Source of the DNA: Nitrospirota bacterium
GTDB lineage: Bacteria > Nitrospirota > UBA9217
Length of the DNA stretch: 64,000 bases
Assembly (NCBI GenBank): GCA_963663225.1
Contig: OY760142.1
Span: forward strand, 3,040,001-3,104,000
Reading direction: 5' to 3'
The translations under genes and the position numbers were made by a program. The notes below the pieces were generated by a model. It worked only from the letters and a program-made list of their open reading frames with translations, did no database searches and was not told the origin of the DNA. Each line of letters starts with the position of its first letter. The stretch's first letter is position 1. This document shows positions 29,316 through 38,400 of this stretch, in pieces.

Positions 29316-30995
29316 ATGAGAATAGGTCTGGACGTTGGAGGGACCCATACCGATGCGGTGCTGGTTGGCAAGCAAGGGATCATTGCCACGGCGAAAGTCA
29401 AGACAGATCACGAACAACTTCTGAACTCGGTACTTCCCGCTTTAAAAGAGGTGCTCGGGACAGCCGATCGGAAGAGTGTTGAGAATATAACTCTGAGCAC
29501 GACCCTGACGACGAATGCGCTCCTGGAGAATAAAACTGATCAGGTCGGTGTTATCGTCTCTTCCGGGCCAGGGATAGATCCGCAGCATTACCGCATGGGT
29601 GACGCGTATTATGTCATCGACGGATCCATCGACCACCGCGGCATGGAAAAGAAATCCCTCGACACGAAACAGCTTGAACAGGCAGTCAGTGCCTGCCAGA
29701 AACGTGGGGTCAAAGCGTATGCAGTCGCGACAAAGTTTTCGACCCGCAACCCCAGCCATGAACTCCTTATGGAAGCTGCCGTCGGAAAAGATGCCTCTGT
29801 CATCACCGCAGGACACCGCCTTTCGGGCGGGTTGAATTTCCCGCGGCGGATTACGACCGCGTACTTCAACTCGGCCGTGTCGCGGCAGTTTAACGAGTTC
29901 GCCCATGCCGTGGAAACCGGCATCACCGGGCTCGGCATCACCGCGCCGACCACAGTGCTCAAAGCGGACGGCGGCACCATGTCCCTCGCGGCCTCACGCA
30001 TTGCTCCGGTGCAGTCAATTCTTTCAGGACCTGCTGCCAGCATCATGGGCATTGCCGCATTGTGCTCCATTGTCCACGACGCCGTCATCCTCGACATTGG
30101 CGGCACTTCAACGGACATTGCGGTCTTTGCAAAAGGATCTCCCCTGCTCGAGCAGGAAGGCATCTCCCTCCGCGGGAATCCCACACTGGTGCGCTCACTC
30201 AAAACAATGTCGATTGCAATGGGCGGCGATTCAACAATCCGCGTCGCTGACGGACGGCTGTCGGTCGGTCCTGACCGCTCAGAACCTTGCATGGCAGCTG
30301 GCGGCGCATATCCTGCCCTTATCGACGCGTTGAATATTACCGGAGAGGCGAATTTTGGCGACACCGATGCGTCACGCCGCGGCATCACGGAACTTGCCCG
30401 GAGCGCCGGAACCACCCCCGAGGCGCTTTCCAACGAAGCTGTTACCATCGCCGTCACGACGATAACAAAAGCCGTACAACGCATGGTCAGGGAAATACAG
30501 GAGCGACCGGTCTATACCATCCATGATCTGCTGCACGCTGAGCGTATTGCCCCGTCTCAGGTGTATATCGTCGGCGGCCCTGCAAAAGCCTTTGCCGACC
30601 GGCTCTCATCCTCACTCGGCATGCAGACGATTGTGCCGCGACTCCACTCTGTGGCAAACGCGATAGGTGCGGCTGTCACGCGGACGACCATGGAACTTGA
30701 ACTTTTTGCTGATACCGAACGGCAGGTTCTGCTCGTGCCCCGTCTCTCGGTGCAGAAAAAAATTTCCGCGAATTACTCCCTGGAGCAGGCCCGCAAGGAC
30801 GCAGTGCAGTACCTTCGTACATCGCTTGATGCTTCTCTGCAATCCGCCGATGAAATACCGGTGCAGATTCTGGAGGCCTCCTCCTTCAACATGATCCAGG
30901 ATTCCCGCATGGTCGGGAGGAATATGAGGGTCCGGTGTCAGATCAGACCGGGACACAGTGAGGAATATCTCGATGGTGTGAGGTCGTCATGCTGA
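29316..30995 (+). CDS. Hydantoinase/oxoprolinase A-type family protein
   Basis: IGLDVGGTHTDAV, STTLTTNA, ILSGPAAS, DIGGTSTDI and VANAIGAA motifs. Confidence 0.9.
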   Translation: MRIGLDVGGTHTDAVLVGKQGIIATAKVKTDHEQLLNSVLPALKEVLGTADRKSVENITLSTTLTTNALLENKTDQVGVIVSSGPGIDPQHYRMGDAYYVIDGSIDHRGMEKKSLDTKQLEQAVSACQKRGVKAYAVATKFSTRNPSHELLMEAAVGKDASVITAGHRLSGGLNFPRRITTAYFNSAVSRQFNEFAHAVETGITGLGITAPTTVLKADGGTMSLAASRIAPVQSILSGPAASIMGIAALCSIVHDAVILDIGGTSTDIAVFAKGSPLLEQEGISLRGNPTLVRSLKTMSIAMGGDSTIRVADGRLSVGPDRSEPCMAAGGAYPALIDALNITGEANFGDTDASRRGITELARSAGTTPEALSNEAVTIAVTTITKAVQRMVREIQERPVYTIHDLLHAERIAPSQVYIVGGPAKAFADRLSSSLGMQTIVPRLHSVANAIGAAVTRTTMELELFADTERQVLLVPRLSVQKKISANYSLEQARKDAVQYLRTSLDASLQSADEIPVQILEASSFNMIQDSRMVGRNMRVRCQIRPGHSEEYLDGVRSSC

Positions 30996-32293
30996 AAGCC
31001 AACAACCGATTAGGAATCATCTTTTTCCCGGCATATGACTGGGCAATAAGCCCCACGCATCCCGAGCGCGAAGAGCGCCTTCTGTACACCCAGGACCAGC
31101 TTCGGGAAGAAGGCATCTTTGACATCGAAGGCATTTCTGAATATAAACCGGACGTAGCATCGTTGGAGGATGTTTCACGGGTGCATTTCTGCATTCCCGA
31201 TGTCAGCGCTGTCACGACCGAATCTCACCTTATCTCGGCCGGAGGGGCCATCAAAGCCGCGCGACTCGTACTGGAAGGAGCAGCTGACAAGGCATTCGCG
31301 CTGGTACGGCCGCCCGGACACCACGCCATGAAGGTGGTGCACGGCAACCGCGGATTCTGCAATATCAATATCGAAGCCATAATGATCGAATATGTCCGCG
31401 AACACTACGGCCAAAAGCGCATTGCCATCGTCGACACCGATTGCCACCACGGCGACGGCACGCAGGACATTTACTGGCATGATCCCAATACGCTTTTCAT
31501 TTCGCTCCACCAGGACGGCAGGACATTGTATCCCGGCTCTGGTTTTGTCGAAGAAAACGGCGGCCCGAATGCGCGCAACAAAACCATCAATATCCCTTTG
31601 CCGCCCGAAACGTGCGACGACGGGTTTCTGCATGTCATCGATAACATTGTGCTGCCGATTCTTGCAGACTTCAAACCAGACCTTATTGTCAATTCCGCTG
31701 GCCAGGACAACCACTATTCAGACCCGATTACGAATATGAAATTCTCGGCGCAGGGTTATGCTCTTCTGAACCGGAAGCTGAATCCTCACATCGCCGTGCT
31801 CGAAGGCGGGTATTCGATCCAGGGCGCCCTGCCCTACGTGAATTGCGGAATCACCCTTGCCATGGCGGGCCTCGATTTCAACACGCTTCGCGAGCCCGAT
31901 TATAATCCGGCACAGCTGAAACAAAATGACCGTATCACGGAATATATTAAACAACTCAGTGATACGGTCCTCGGTAAATACTTCGGCCCCGCGGTGCCCC
32001 GCAAATTCGAGCCGGGAACATTCGTGACCCGTGAGAAAAATATTTTTTACGACACGGATATGATCCAGGAAAACCAGCGCGAGTCCGTCATGGTATGCGA
32101 CGACTGTTCCGGTGTTGTTGTGATCGAGACTTCATCCTCCGCCAATGCACTGTCGGTATGTGTCGACATTCCCCTCGGCGCGTGCAACCGCTGCAGAGAT
32201 GAAGGCATGCGCGTTTTTGAAGAAGCGCGCCGAAGCGGCAGCTATAGGCATGCAAAGCTGATCAACAGGAAGGACAAAATCTATCTGCCGTAA
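30989..32293 (+). CDS. Histone deacetylase family amidohydrolase with Cys-rich C-terminal domain
   Basis: HPE, RPPGHHA, GFC, DTDCHHGDGTQ, SAGQD and LEGGY motifs; C-terminal CDDC...CNRC. Confidence 0.92.
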   Translation: MLKANNRLGIIFFPAYDWAISPTHPEREERLLYTQDQLREEGIFDIEGISEYKPDVASLEDVSRVHFCIPDVSAVTTESHLISAGGAIKAARLVLEGAADKAFALVRPPGHHAMKVVHGNRGFCNINIEAIMIEYVREHYGQKRIAIVDTDCHHGDGTQDIYWHDPNTLFISLHQDGRTLYPGSGFVEENGGPNARNKTINIPLPPETCDDGFLHVIDNIVLPILADFKPDLIVNSAGQDNHYSDPITNMKFSAQGYALLNRKLNPHIAVLEGGYSIQGALPYVNCGITLAMAGLDFNTLREPDYNPAQLKQNDRITEYIKQLSDTVLGKYFGPAVPRKFEPGTFVTREKNIFYDTDMIQENQRESVMVCDDCSGVVVIETSSSANALSVCVDIPLGACNRCRDEGMRVFEEARRSGSYRHAKLINRKDKIYLP

Positions 32294-32306
32294 TAGCTTC
32301 TCTGTG

Positions 32307-33068
32307 CTAGCGGTTTTGTTCTGATGCGGCCTCACCCTTGATTTTCATATTGAATTTTTTATGGCAGTCAAGACAAATTACCGTTGAAGCAGTATGTCCT
32401 TTGTGGCAGACAACGCAATTGATGTCCCCCAGATGAGATTTATGCGGATTCCGGTCCGCAAAATCCTTCGGTTCCGTCTTTTTCGCAAGACCTTCCAAGG
32501 TACCGTGGCACTCCAGACAGACCCCATTTTCCACCGTTGTGTCCGGTTGTGGAATGACGCCTCCATGACATTGCAAACAAACAACATTTGCCTTGCCGTG
32601 TATGGAGTCAAGATAAGGACCGCCCGACCATGAGGCAAATATCGACTGCTCCAGTTTCATGTCATCTGCCGACAGAACTCCGAGCGATTTGCTACTGCCC
32701 GGCACTGAAAAGCGGGATCCGGGTTTCCAGGAATGGCAAACAACACAGTCCACGGACGTATTAGCGTTCGTGTGCGCGCGGTGCAATTTTGCGGAGAATG
32801 TATTGCTTTTCTGATTTTCGTTTTTCGAATATTTATGACACGGCACGCATGCGATGATGGAGCTTCCCTTTACCGGCGGATGAGCTGTTGGAAGCATTGA
32901 TTTGAAATCCGCATGGCATGAAGCACACGTCTGGCGTGATGCCTTTACACTGCTCTCTTTCTTTTTGCCGACCGTCGCTGTTTCCGCACCGGCAAACGAA
33001 TGCATAGAAAAATAAAAAAATAGAATTAATAACCCGGAAAATAGAACCAGCAATGTTCTTTGTATCAT
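32307..33068 (-). CDS. Periplasmic heptaheme cytochrome c
   Basis: Sec signal; seven CxxCH motifs (CASCH, CVPCH, CVVCH, CLQCH, CLECH, CVVCH, CLDCH); NPHKSHLG. Confidence 0.92.
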   Translation of the reverse strand: MIQRTLLVLFSGLLILFFYFSMHSFAGAETATVGKKKESSVKASRQTCASCHADFKSMLPTAHPPVKGSSIIACVPCHKYSKNENQKSNTFSAKLHRAHTNANTSVDCVVCHSWKPGSRFSVPGSSKSLGVLSADDMKLEQSIFASWSGGPYLDSIHGKANVVCLQCHGGVIPQPDTTVENGVCLECHGTLEGLAKKTEPKDFADRNPHKSHLGDINCVVCHKGHTASTVICLDCHKKFNMKIKGEAASEQNR

Positions 33069-33135
33069 GTCCGATAATCCTTCTGTTTAAGATGAGGATG
33101 CCCCAAGGCGGACCATGAGGCATCCTGTTTTTTCA

Positions 33136-34698
33136 CTAAGCTTTTGCGGCGTTCGTCCCCGCAATTCTGCCGAATACAACGCAATCGGGAATCGCATTGC
33201 TGCCGAGCCGGTTTGAACCATGCACTCCGCCGGTTACCTCCCCTGCTGCGTAAAGCCGTGGAATCGTATTACCGAAGATATCGACCACTTCCGCTTTGGC
33301 ATTGATACGCAGTCCGCCCATGGTATGGTGAACAGCCGGCCATTGCGCCACCCCGTAGAAAGGCGGGTTAACGATCTGAACCATTGATTTTGGAATGGGC
33401 TTGTTAAATTCCAGATCTTTGCCGTCCGCGATATACTTATTATGCTTATCGATTGTTTCGACAAGCGCGTCTGCAGGCAAACCCAGTTTATTGGCCAATT
33501 CAGCAATGGTATCAGCCTTCGCAAAACGGCCTTTTTTCACTCCAGCTTCAACCTCCTCCGACGAGCCGCCAAACTTTTTCACCATCTCATCACAAAAGAT
33601 TGAATAGGTGGGTTTTCCCGTCTGGCCAAGTCTGAGTTGGGCAAACGACACGACATCGCGACGATCAAGTTCATTTACAAAACGCTTTCCTTGTTTGGTC
33701 ACATAAACGATGCCCGTACCGGGACCATTGAAGGGATACAAAGCAGGTGTATCAAGAATCCCTGTTTCCGGATCACAGAAAGGATAGAGCTGGATAAAGT
33801 TCAATTGCAGTGAGTCTGCGCCAACCGCCTGCGCATAACGGATCATTTCGCCCGTGGCTCCCTTATGGTTGCTGCAGTTGAAATCCGGGGTCAAGAAGGG
33901 ATAATGTGCCTGCCGCATCTTCAGATCACGGCTGAATCCGCCGGAACCGAGGATAAGACCCTTTTTAATCCGGATGTTGGATACCTTGCGGCCCCTCTTC
34001 ACCTCAACACCTAGGACGGGACTCTTGGGATCTGCATTTTCTCTCCAAATCCACGAAACCTCAGTCCCGAGTTGTATCTTGGCGCCCCGTTTTTCGGCAA
34101 TTCTTTTTAAAGCATCAACGTATTCACGCCCAACACCGATTTTTGCCGCATGGGTCCGCGCAGCAGTATGCCCACCAGTACGGAACACAGTAGGTCTAAT
34201 TTCAGCGCCGCCTTCATTCATCATCCAGTTCAAGGCATCAGTGGCGTTATCAGCAAGAACCTTCACCAACTCCGGAATATTATAGTAATCCCCGCCTTTC
34301 AGCGTGTCCTGCATATGGAGTTTCGGGCTGTCGTCTCCCAGATTCAGTTTTTCCCGATAATGGAACTTATCATCATATGATGCGAACACGCCACCATTGA
34401 TGATCGAGTTTCCTCCGTACGTAGGCATCTTTTCGAGGACAACAGTTTTGGCACCGGCGCCGGCAGCTTCCGCAGCAGCCGCTAATCCGGCAAAACCTGA
34501 ACCAATGACAACGACGTCATAGGTTTCGTCCCATTTCTTCGGTAATTTTTTTACCGCTGCTTCAGCGGATCCGGCCGCCGCTAAATTCAGAGCGACGCCC
34601 CCGCCAACCGCAAGTGCGCCGATCGCTGCGCCCTTCAACAGATCACGCCGGCTGATGCCCTCTTTGTCCCCCTTGCCTTTCTGCATATCTTTTCCCAT
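33136..34698 (-). CDS. Tat-exported flavocytochrome c flavin subunit (FAD-dependent enoate reductase family)
   Basis: SRRDLLK Tat motif; DVVVIGSGFAG, GKRFVNE..RRD, VHHTMGG and GEVTGGVHGSNRLGSNA motifs. Confidence 0.92.
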   Translation of the reverse strand: MGKDMQKGKGDKEGISRRDLLKGAAIGALAVGGGVALNLAAAGSAEAAVKKLPKKWDETYDVVVIGSGFAGLAAAAEAAGAGAKTVVLEKMPTYGGNSIINGGVFASYDDKFHYREKLNLGDDSPKLHMQDTLKGGDYYNIPELVKVLADNATDALNWMMNEGGAEIRPTVFRTGGHTAARTHAAKIGVGREYVDALKRIAEKRGAKIQLGTEVSWIWRENADPKSPVLGVEVKRGRKVSNIRIKKGLILGSGGFSRDLKMRQAHYPFLTPDFNCSNHKGATGEMIRYAQAVGADSLQLNFIQLYPFCDPETGILDTPALYPFNGPGTGIVYVTKQGKRFVNELDRRDVVSFAQLRLGQTGKPTYSIFCDEMVKKFGGSSEEVEAGVKKGRFAKADTIAELANKLGLPADALVETIDKHNKYIADGKDLEFNKPIPKSMVQIVNPPFYGVAQWPAVHHTMGGLRINAKAEVVDIFGNTIPRLYAAGEVTGGVHGSNRLGSNAIPDCVVFGRIAGTNAAKA

Positions 34699-35023
34699 GT
34701 TACAGCCTCCTCAAAGTTAATGTACTGAGTACCTTAGCTACCGATAAACATTTGCCTCGTGTACGATAATTCCTTTGGAATGCCGTCTCATCCCTCCTTT
34801 CAGTTACGAGTAAAAAGCTGATACTTCAGTCGTCCGTGGGTTTTTATTTTATCTGAACAGACGTTTGCAATCTTTTTTTACTATATCACATTACCATTTA
34901 TTACGAGAAAGCACCCCTGAAAGAAATCAATCTTTTTGCATACGTATTGTTTTTATTCAGAAAAACATAATTAACGGTTGAATTGTACTGTCAGTATCCT
35001 GAAAGAACAAATACTTCTTTGTG

Positions 35024-35052
35024 TTGATTTTCATCACTTTTTGTGATATCGT
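35024..35052 (+). promoter_or_regulatory. lysR promoter with embedded LysR box
   Basis: TTGATT-N17-TATCGT (extended TG); spacer contains ATCAC-N5-GTGAT (35033-35047), a T-N11-A palindrome. Confidence 0.65.
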
Positions 35053-35057
35053 TGGCC

Positions 35058-36032
35058 ATGGAATTTAACGAGCTGAGAATTTTCAAAATGGTTGCAGAGG
35101 TCGGCAGTGTGACCCGGGCCGCAGAGCGTCTTAATTGTGTTCAGTCAAATGTGACTGCCCGTATTCATCAGCTTGAAGAGCGCCTGAATGTTCCTCTCTT
35201 CTACCGTAAAAGCCGTGGCGTAGTTCTCACACCGGTCGGACACATTTTTCTTGATTATGCCAAACGCATTCTCAGTCTCCACGAAGAGGCCGTCAGGACC
35301 GTACAAGAGCAGGAGTCACCGAGCGGAAGGCTGACGGTAGGAGCATTGGAATGCGCTGCTGCGCTCCATATGCCGTGGATATTTTCCGAGTTTCGCAGCC
35401 AAAACCCCAAAGTTGAAGTTCAGCTCCTTACCGGTACGTCAGCGCAGATGATTTCCGCTCTTCTCGAGTATCGCATTGACGCCGCCTTCGTCGGCGGCAC
35501 AATTGACCATCCTGACCTGATAGGTGAAGTGCTTTTTAAAGAAGAATTTGTCCTTGCCTGCCCAAAAGGAACGAATCCTCAAATCAAGAAGAAAGGCCAG
35601 GACATTCTCGTTTTCCCAAAAGGCTGTTCCTTCAGGCCGGCGATGGAGAACTGGTTGCGGGAAAATGATATCAGCGCCTACCGTCTGATGGAATTCAATT
35701 CAGTTGAAATGATACTGGCGTGTCTCTTTAACGGCATGGGTATTTCCTTTTTACCGCGCGCCGTCTTCGCACACGGCAATTATGACGACAAAGTCATGGC
35801 GTATACACTTCCTCCCGACATCGCAATGTTGCCGATTAATTTCGTACGAAGAAAAACAGTATCTGAATCAAAAGCATTAGCGGCTTTTGGCCTTTCACTG
35901 AAACAATGGGTCCGCTCAAGCAGACTAGAAACCACCAATCTACGCATACCCCGTCCCACAAAAAAAAATAATCCAAGACTCTTCCGCGTTTCTAAAAAAA
36001 TGATCCCGTCTCATCGTCTCAGCGTATCGTAA
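35058..36032 (+). CDS. LysR family transcriptional regulator
   Basis: GSVTRAAERLNCVQSNVTARIHQLEE HTH and substrate-binding domain; divergent from the flavoprotein gene. Confidence 0.93.
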   Translation: MEFNELRIFKMVAEVGSVTRAAERLNCVQSNVTARIHQLEERLNVPLFYRKSRGVVLTPVGHIFLDYAKRILSLHEEAVRTVQEQESPSGRLTVGALECAAALHMPWIFSEFRSQNPKVEVQLLTGTSAQMISALLEYRIDAAFVGGTIDHPDLIGEVLFKEEFVLACPKGTNPQIKKKGQDILVFPKGCSFRPAMENWLRENDISAYRLMEFNSVEMILACLFNGMGISFLPRAVFAHGNYDDKVMAYTLPPDIAMLPINFVRRKTVSESKALAAFGLSLKQWVRSSRLETTNLRIPRPTKKNNPRLFRVSKKMIPSHRLSVS

Positions 36033-36206
36033 TCTCACGCCGGAAAATATTCCGTATAAAGCCGCTATCCTCCATGCATCAGCGCAATTATGTTCCCTGA
36101 ACAAACCACTACGGCTGGACCAGTGCGCTTCTTACTACCAAATTTCACACAACATCAAAGCGCATTTTATCGATTTTTCTCGACATCTAATCAGTCTTAC
36201 CGTCTC

Positions 36207-36233
36207 TTAAGTTTTCGGTTGGAATGCCGATAA
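36207..36233 (+). promoter_or_regulatory. Sigma28 (FliA) promoter of the chemoreceptor gene
   Basis: TTAAGTTT-N11-GCCGATAA, one mismatch from TAAAGTTT-N11-GCCGATAA. Confidence 0.85.
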
Positions 36234-36365
36234 AATGATCACGAAGCGGAGTTGTGCTGAGTATGCATTAAATAATGCACAAGATAACAAATAGTTGCGC
36301 TGTTATCACCACGAGAAAAATTCCGGCCCCCCTTCCGGCGCCGTAAAAAAAGTGAGGAGTGTATA

Positions 36366-38069
36366 ATGAATAAAATTGGGAAAATGACCTTTGCTAAGAG
36401 GCTGGCCTTCACCACCATCTTAAGCTGCGTGCTGGTGGCCGTACTGCTCTGCTGCATAGCAGCCTATCAGAGCTATTCGGGAGCGAAGGACAGCATCGCG
36501 GAACTGAGAAAGAACCTGTTTGCCGACTACGACGCTCTTGCCAAATCGGAGGTTGAAACCGCGGTTTCGATGCTCCAGAACATTCATGATCGCCAGGAAA
36601 AGGGTGAGCTGAAAGCGGAGCAGGCCAAAACCCTTGCCGCGAATGTGCTGCGGGGGCTCCGGTTCGGGAAGGAAGGGTATTTCTGGGCTGACACGATTGA
36701 AGGCGTGAACGTGGTTCTGCTCGGCAAAAAGGATTTTGAGGGGAAGAGCAGGATCAACCTGCAGGATAAAAAGGGAAAATACTTTGTGAAGGAATTCATA
36801 GAGAGCGGCAGAAAAGAAGGTGGTGGATTCATTGACTATTATTTCACCAAGATGGGGAGCGACATCCCGATTTTAAAGCGCGGTTACACCCTTGAATTCA
36901 AGCCCTGGGGATGGGTTGTGGGCACCGGCAATTACGTGGATGACCTGGAAGCCATTATCGCGAAAGAGGAGAAGAAACAGGCTGCCGATACCAGAAGAGT
37001 AATTACTGTTCTCCTTCTTTCCGCCCTGATTGCCGCACTGGTGGCGGTCGGCGCGGCGTCGATGACCTTCAGAAAGACCATGGCGCAGCTTGGCGGGGAG
37101 CCGGATGAGCTTGCGAACATTGCCGGTAAAATCGCCGACGGAGACCTGACGGTGCGATTTGACAATGGAAAGGTGCATACCGGCGTGTATGCACAGATGC
37201 AGCGCATGACCGAAAGCCTCAAGAATCTGGTAGGAGAGATCAAGACCGCTTCAGCCAGCGTGGCATCAGGAAGCGAAGAACTGAGTGCGAACGCCGAAGA
37301 AATCACCAAGACCATGCGCGACCAGAGCAACCGGGCGACCCAGATTGCCACTTCAGCCGAGGAAATGTCCCAGACGATTGTGGATGTTGCGAAAAACTCT
37401 TCGGAGATTTCCACGTCAGCAGCCAATACCTCCGGAATTGCAAAGAAAGGCGCAAACATTGTGGGCCAGTCGGTTGAGGAGACAAAGGCCATTTCGGAAA
37501 CCGTGGCTAAATCCACTGCGGTGGTGCAGACTTTGGGCGACCGCTCCAAGCAGATCGGTAAAATCGTCAGTGTTATCAATGACATAGCCGATCAAACCAA
37601 CCTGCTTGCCCTGAATGCTGCCATTGAGGCTGCCCGTGCCGGAGAGCAGGGCCGCGGGTTTGCCGTTGTTGCCGATGAAGTCAGGAAGCTTGCGGAGCGC
37701 ACCGCCAATGCCACGTCGGAAATCAGCCAGATGATCGGGGCGATCCAAGGAGAAGTCGATTCCACGGTTGCGACCATGGCGACCACCAATGAAAAGGTGG
37801 AGGTCGGTCTGAAGTTTTCTACGGAGGCCGGTACGCAGCTCGAATCGATTGTTACGAGCGTAAATACGCTCCAGAACATGGTGCAGCAGATTGCGTCGTC
37901 CACGGAAGAGATGTCGGCGACTTCGGAGATGATTTCGGGTGACATTCAGGCTGTGGCGAACGGCGCCAAACAGATATCCGGAGGGTCCGAGCAGATTGCC
38001 CAGGCCTCGTCCGAACTTGCACGACTCGCCGGACAGCTCAAAAGCACCGTCGACCACTTTAAAGTCTAA
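36366..38069 (+). CDS. Methyl-accepting chemotaxis protein with single Cache sensor domain
   Basis: Two TM helices flanking an sCache_2-like domain ([13 protein letters not shown]); [37 protein letters not shown] signalling hairpin. Confidence 0.96.
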   Translation: MNKIGKMTFAKRLAFTTILSCVLVAVLLCCIAAYQSYSGAKDSIAELRKNLFADYDALAKSEVETAVSMLQNIHDRQEKGELKAEQAKTLAANVLRGLRFGKEGYFWADTIEGVNVVLLGKKDFEGKSRINLQDKKGKYFVKEFIESGRKEGGGFIDYYFTKMGSDIPILKRGYTLEFKPWGWVVGTGNYVDDLEAIIAKEEKKQAADTRRVITVLLLSALIAALVAVGAASMTFRKTMAQLGGEPDELANIAGKIADGDLTVRFDNGKVHTGVYAQMQRMTESLKNLVGEIKTASASVASGSEELSANAEEITKTMRDQSNRATQIATSAEEMSQTIVDVAKNSSEISTSAANTSGIAKKGANIVGQSVEETKAISETVAKSTAVVQTLGDRSKQIGKIVSVINDIADQTNLLALNAAIEAARAGEQGRGFAVVADEVRKLAERTANATSEISQMIGAIQGEVDSTVATMATTNEKVEVGLKFSTEAGTQLESIVTSVNTLQNMVQQIASSTEEMSATSEMISGDIQAVANGAKQISGGSEQIAQASSELARLAGQLKSTVDHFKV

Positions 38070-38163
38070 TGCAACTCGGTCGTGTTGATGTGAAATATTT
38101 TGAAAATCAAAAAAATTACCGATAGTTCAAAACTCTGCATACAATTCCTGCAAAACCAAGCCG

Positions 38164-38200
38164 GGTGTATTCTTCTTCCAGAAAAGAAGAAGAATACACC
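38164..38200. terminator. Inverted repeat, possible terminator after the MCP gene
   Basis: 14-bp perfect arms GGTGTATTCTTCTT / AAGAAGAATACACC; weak U-tract. Confidence 0.4.
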
Positions 38201-38400
38201 TTCTAAAATCGGACAAAATTGGGAACCTATCACAAAATTACGGTTACGAACCATTTGGAGCGCTGTAAGTATCAAAATTCTAATGAAAAAATGTTGTTAG
38301 TCGCGACGTTGTACGAAAAGGGCTCTTGACTTTAACGTAGTGATTGGAGTATATTTTAAACAAATACAAAATTCGCAGAAGCGAAGGCGGTTACTTCATT

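Noticed and set aside
34738-34791. 17-aa leader ORF (MRRHSKGIIVHEANVYR) upstream of the flavoprotein
   Set aside because: The AAGGAGG-like SD abuts the ATG with essentially no spacer; no other support.
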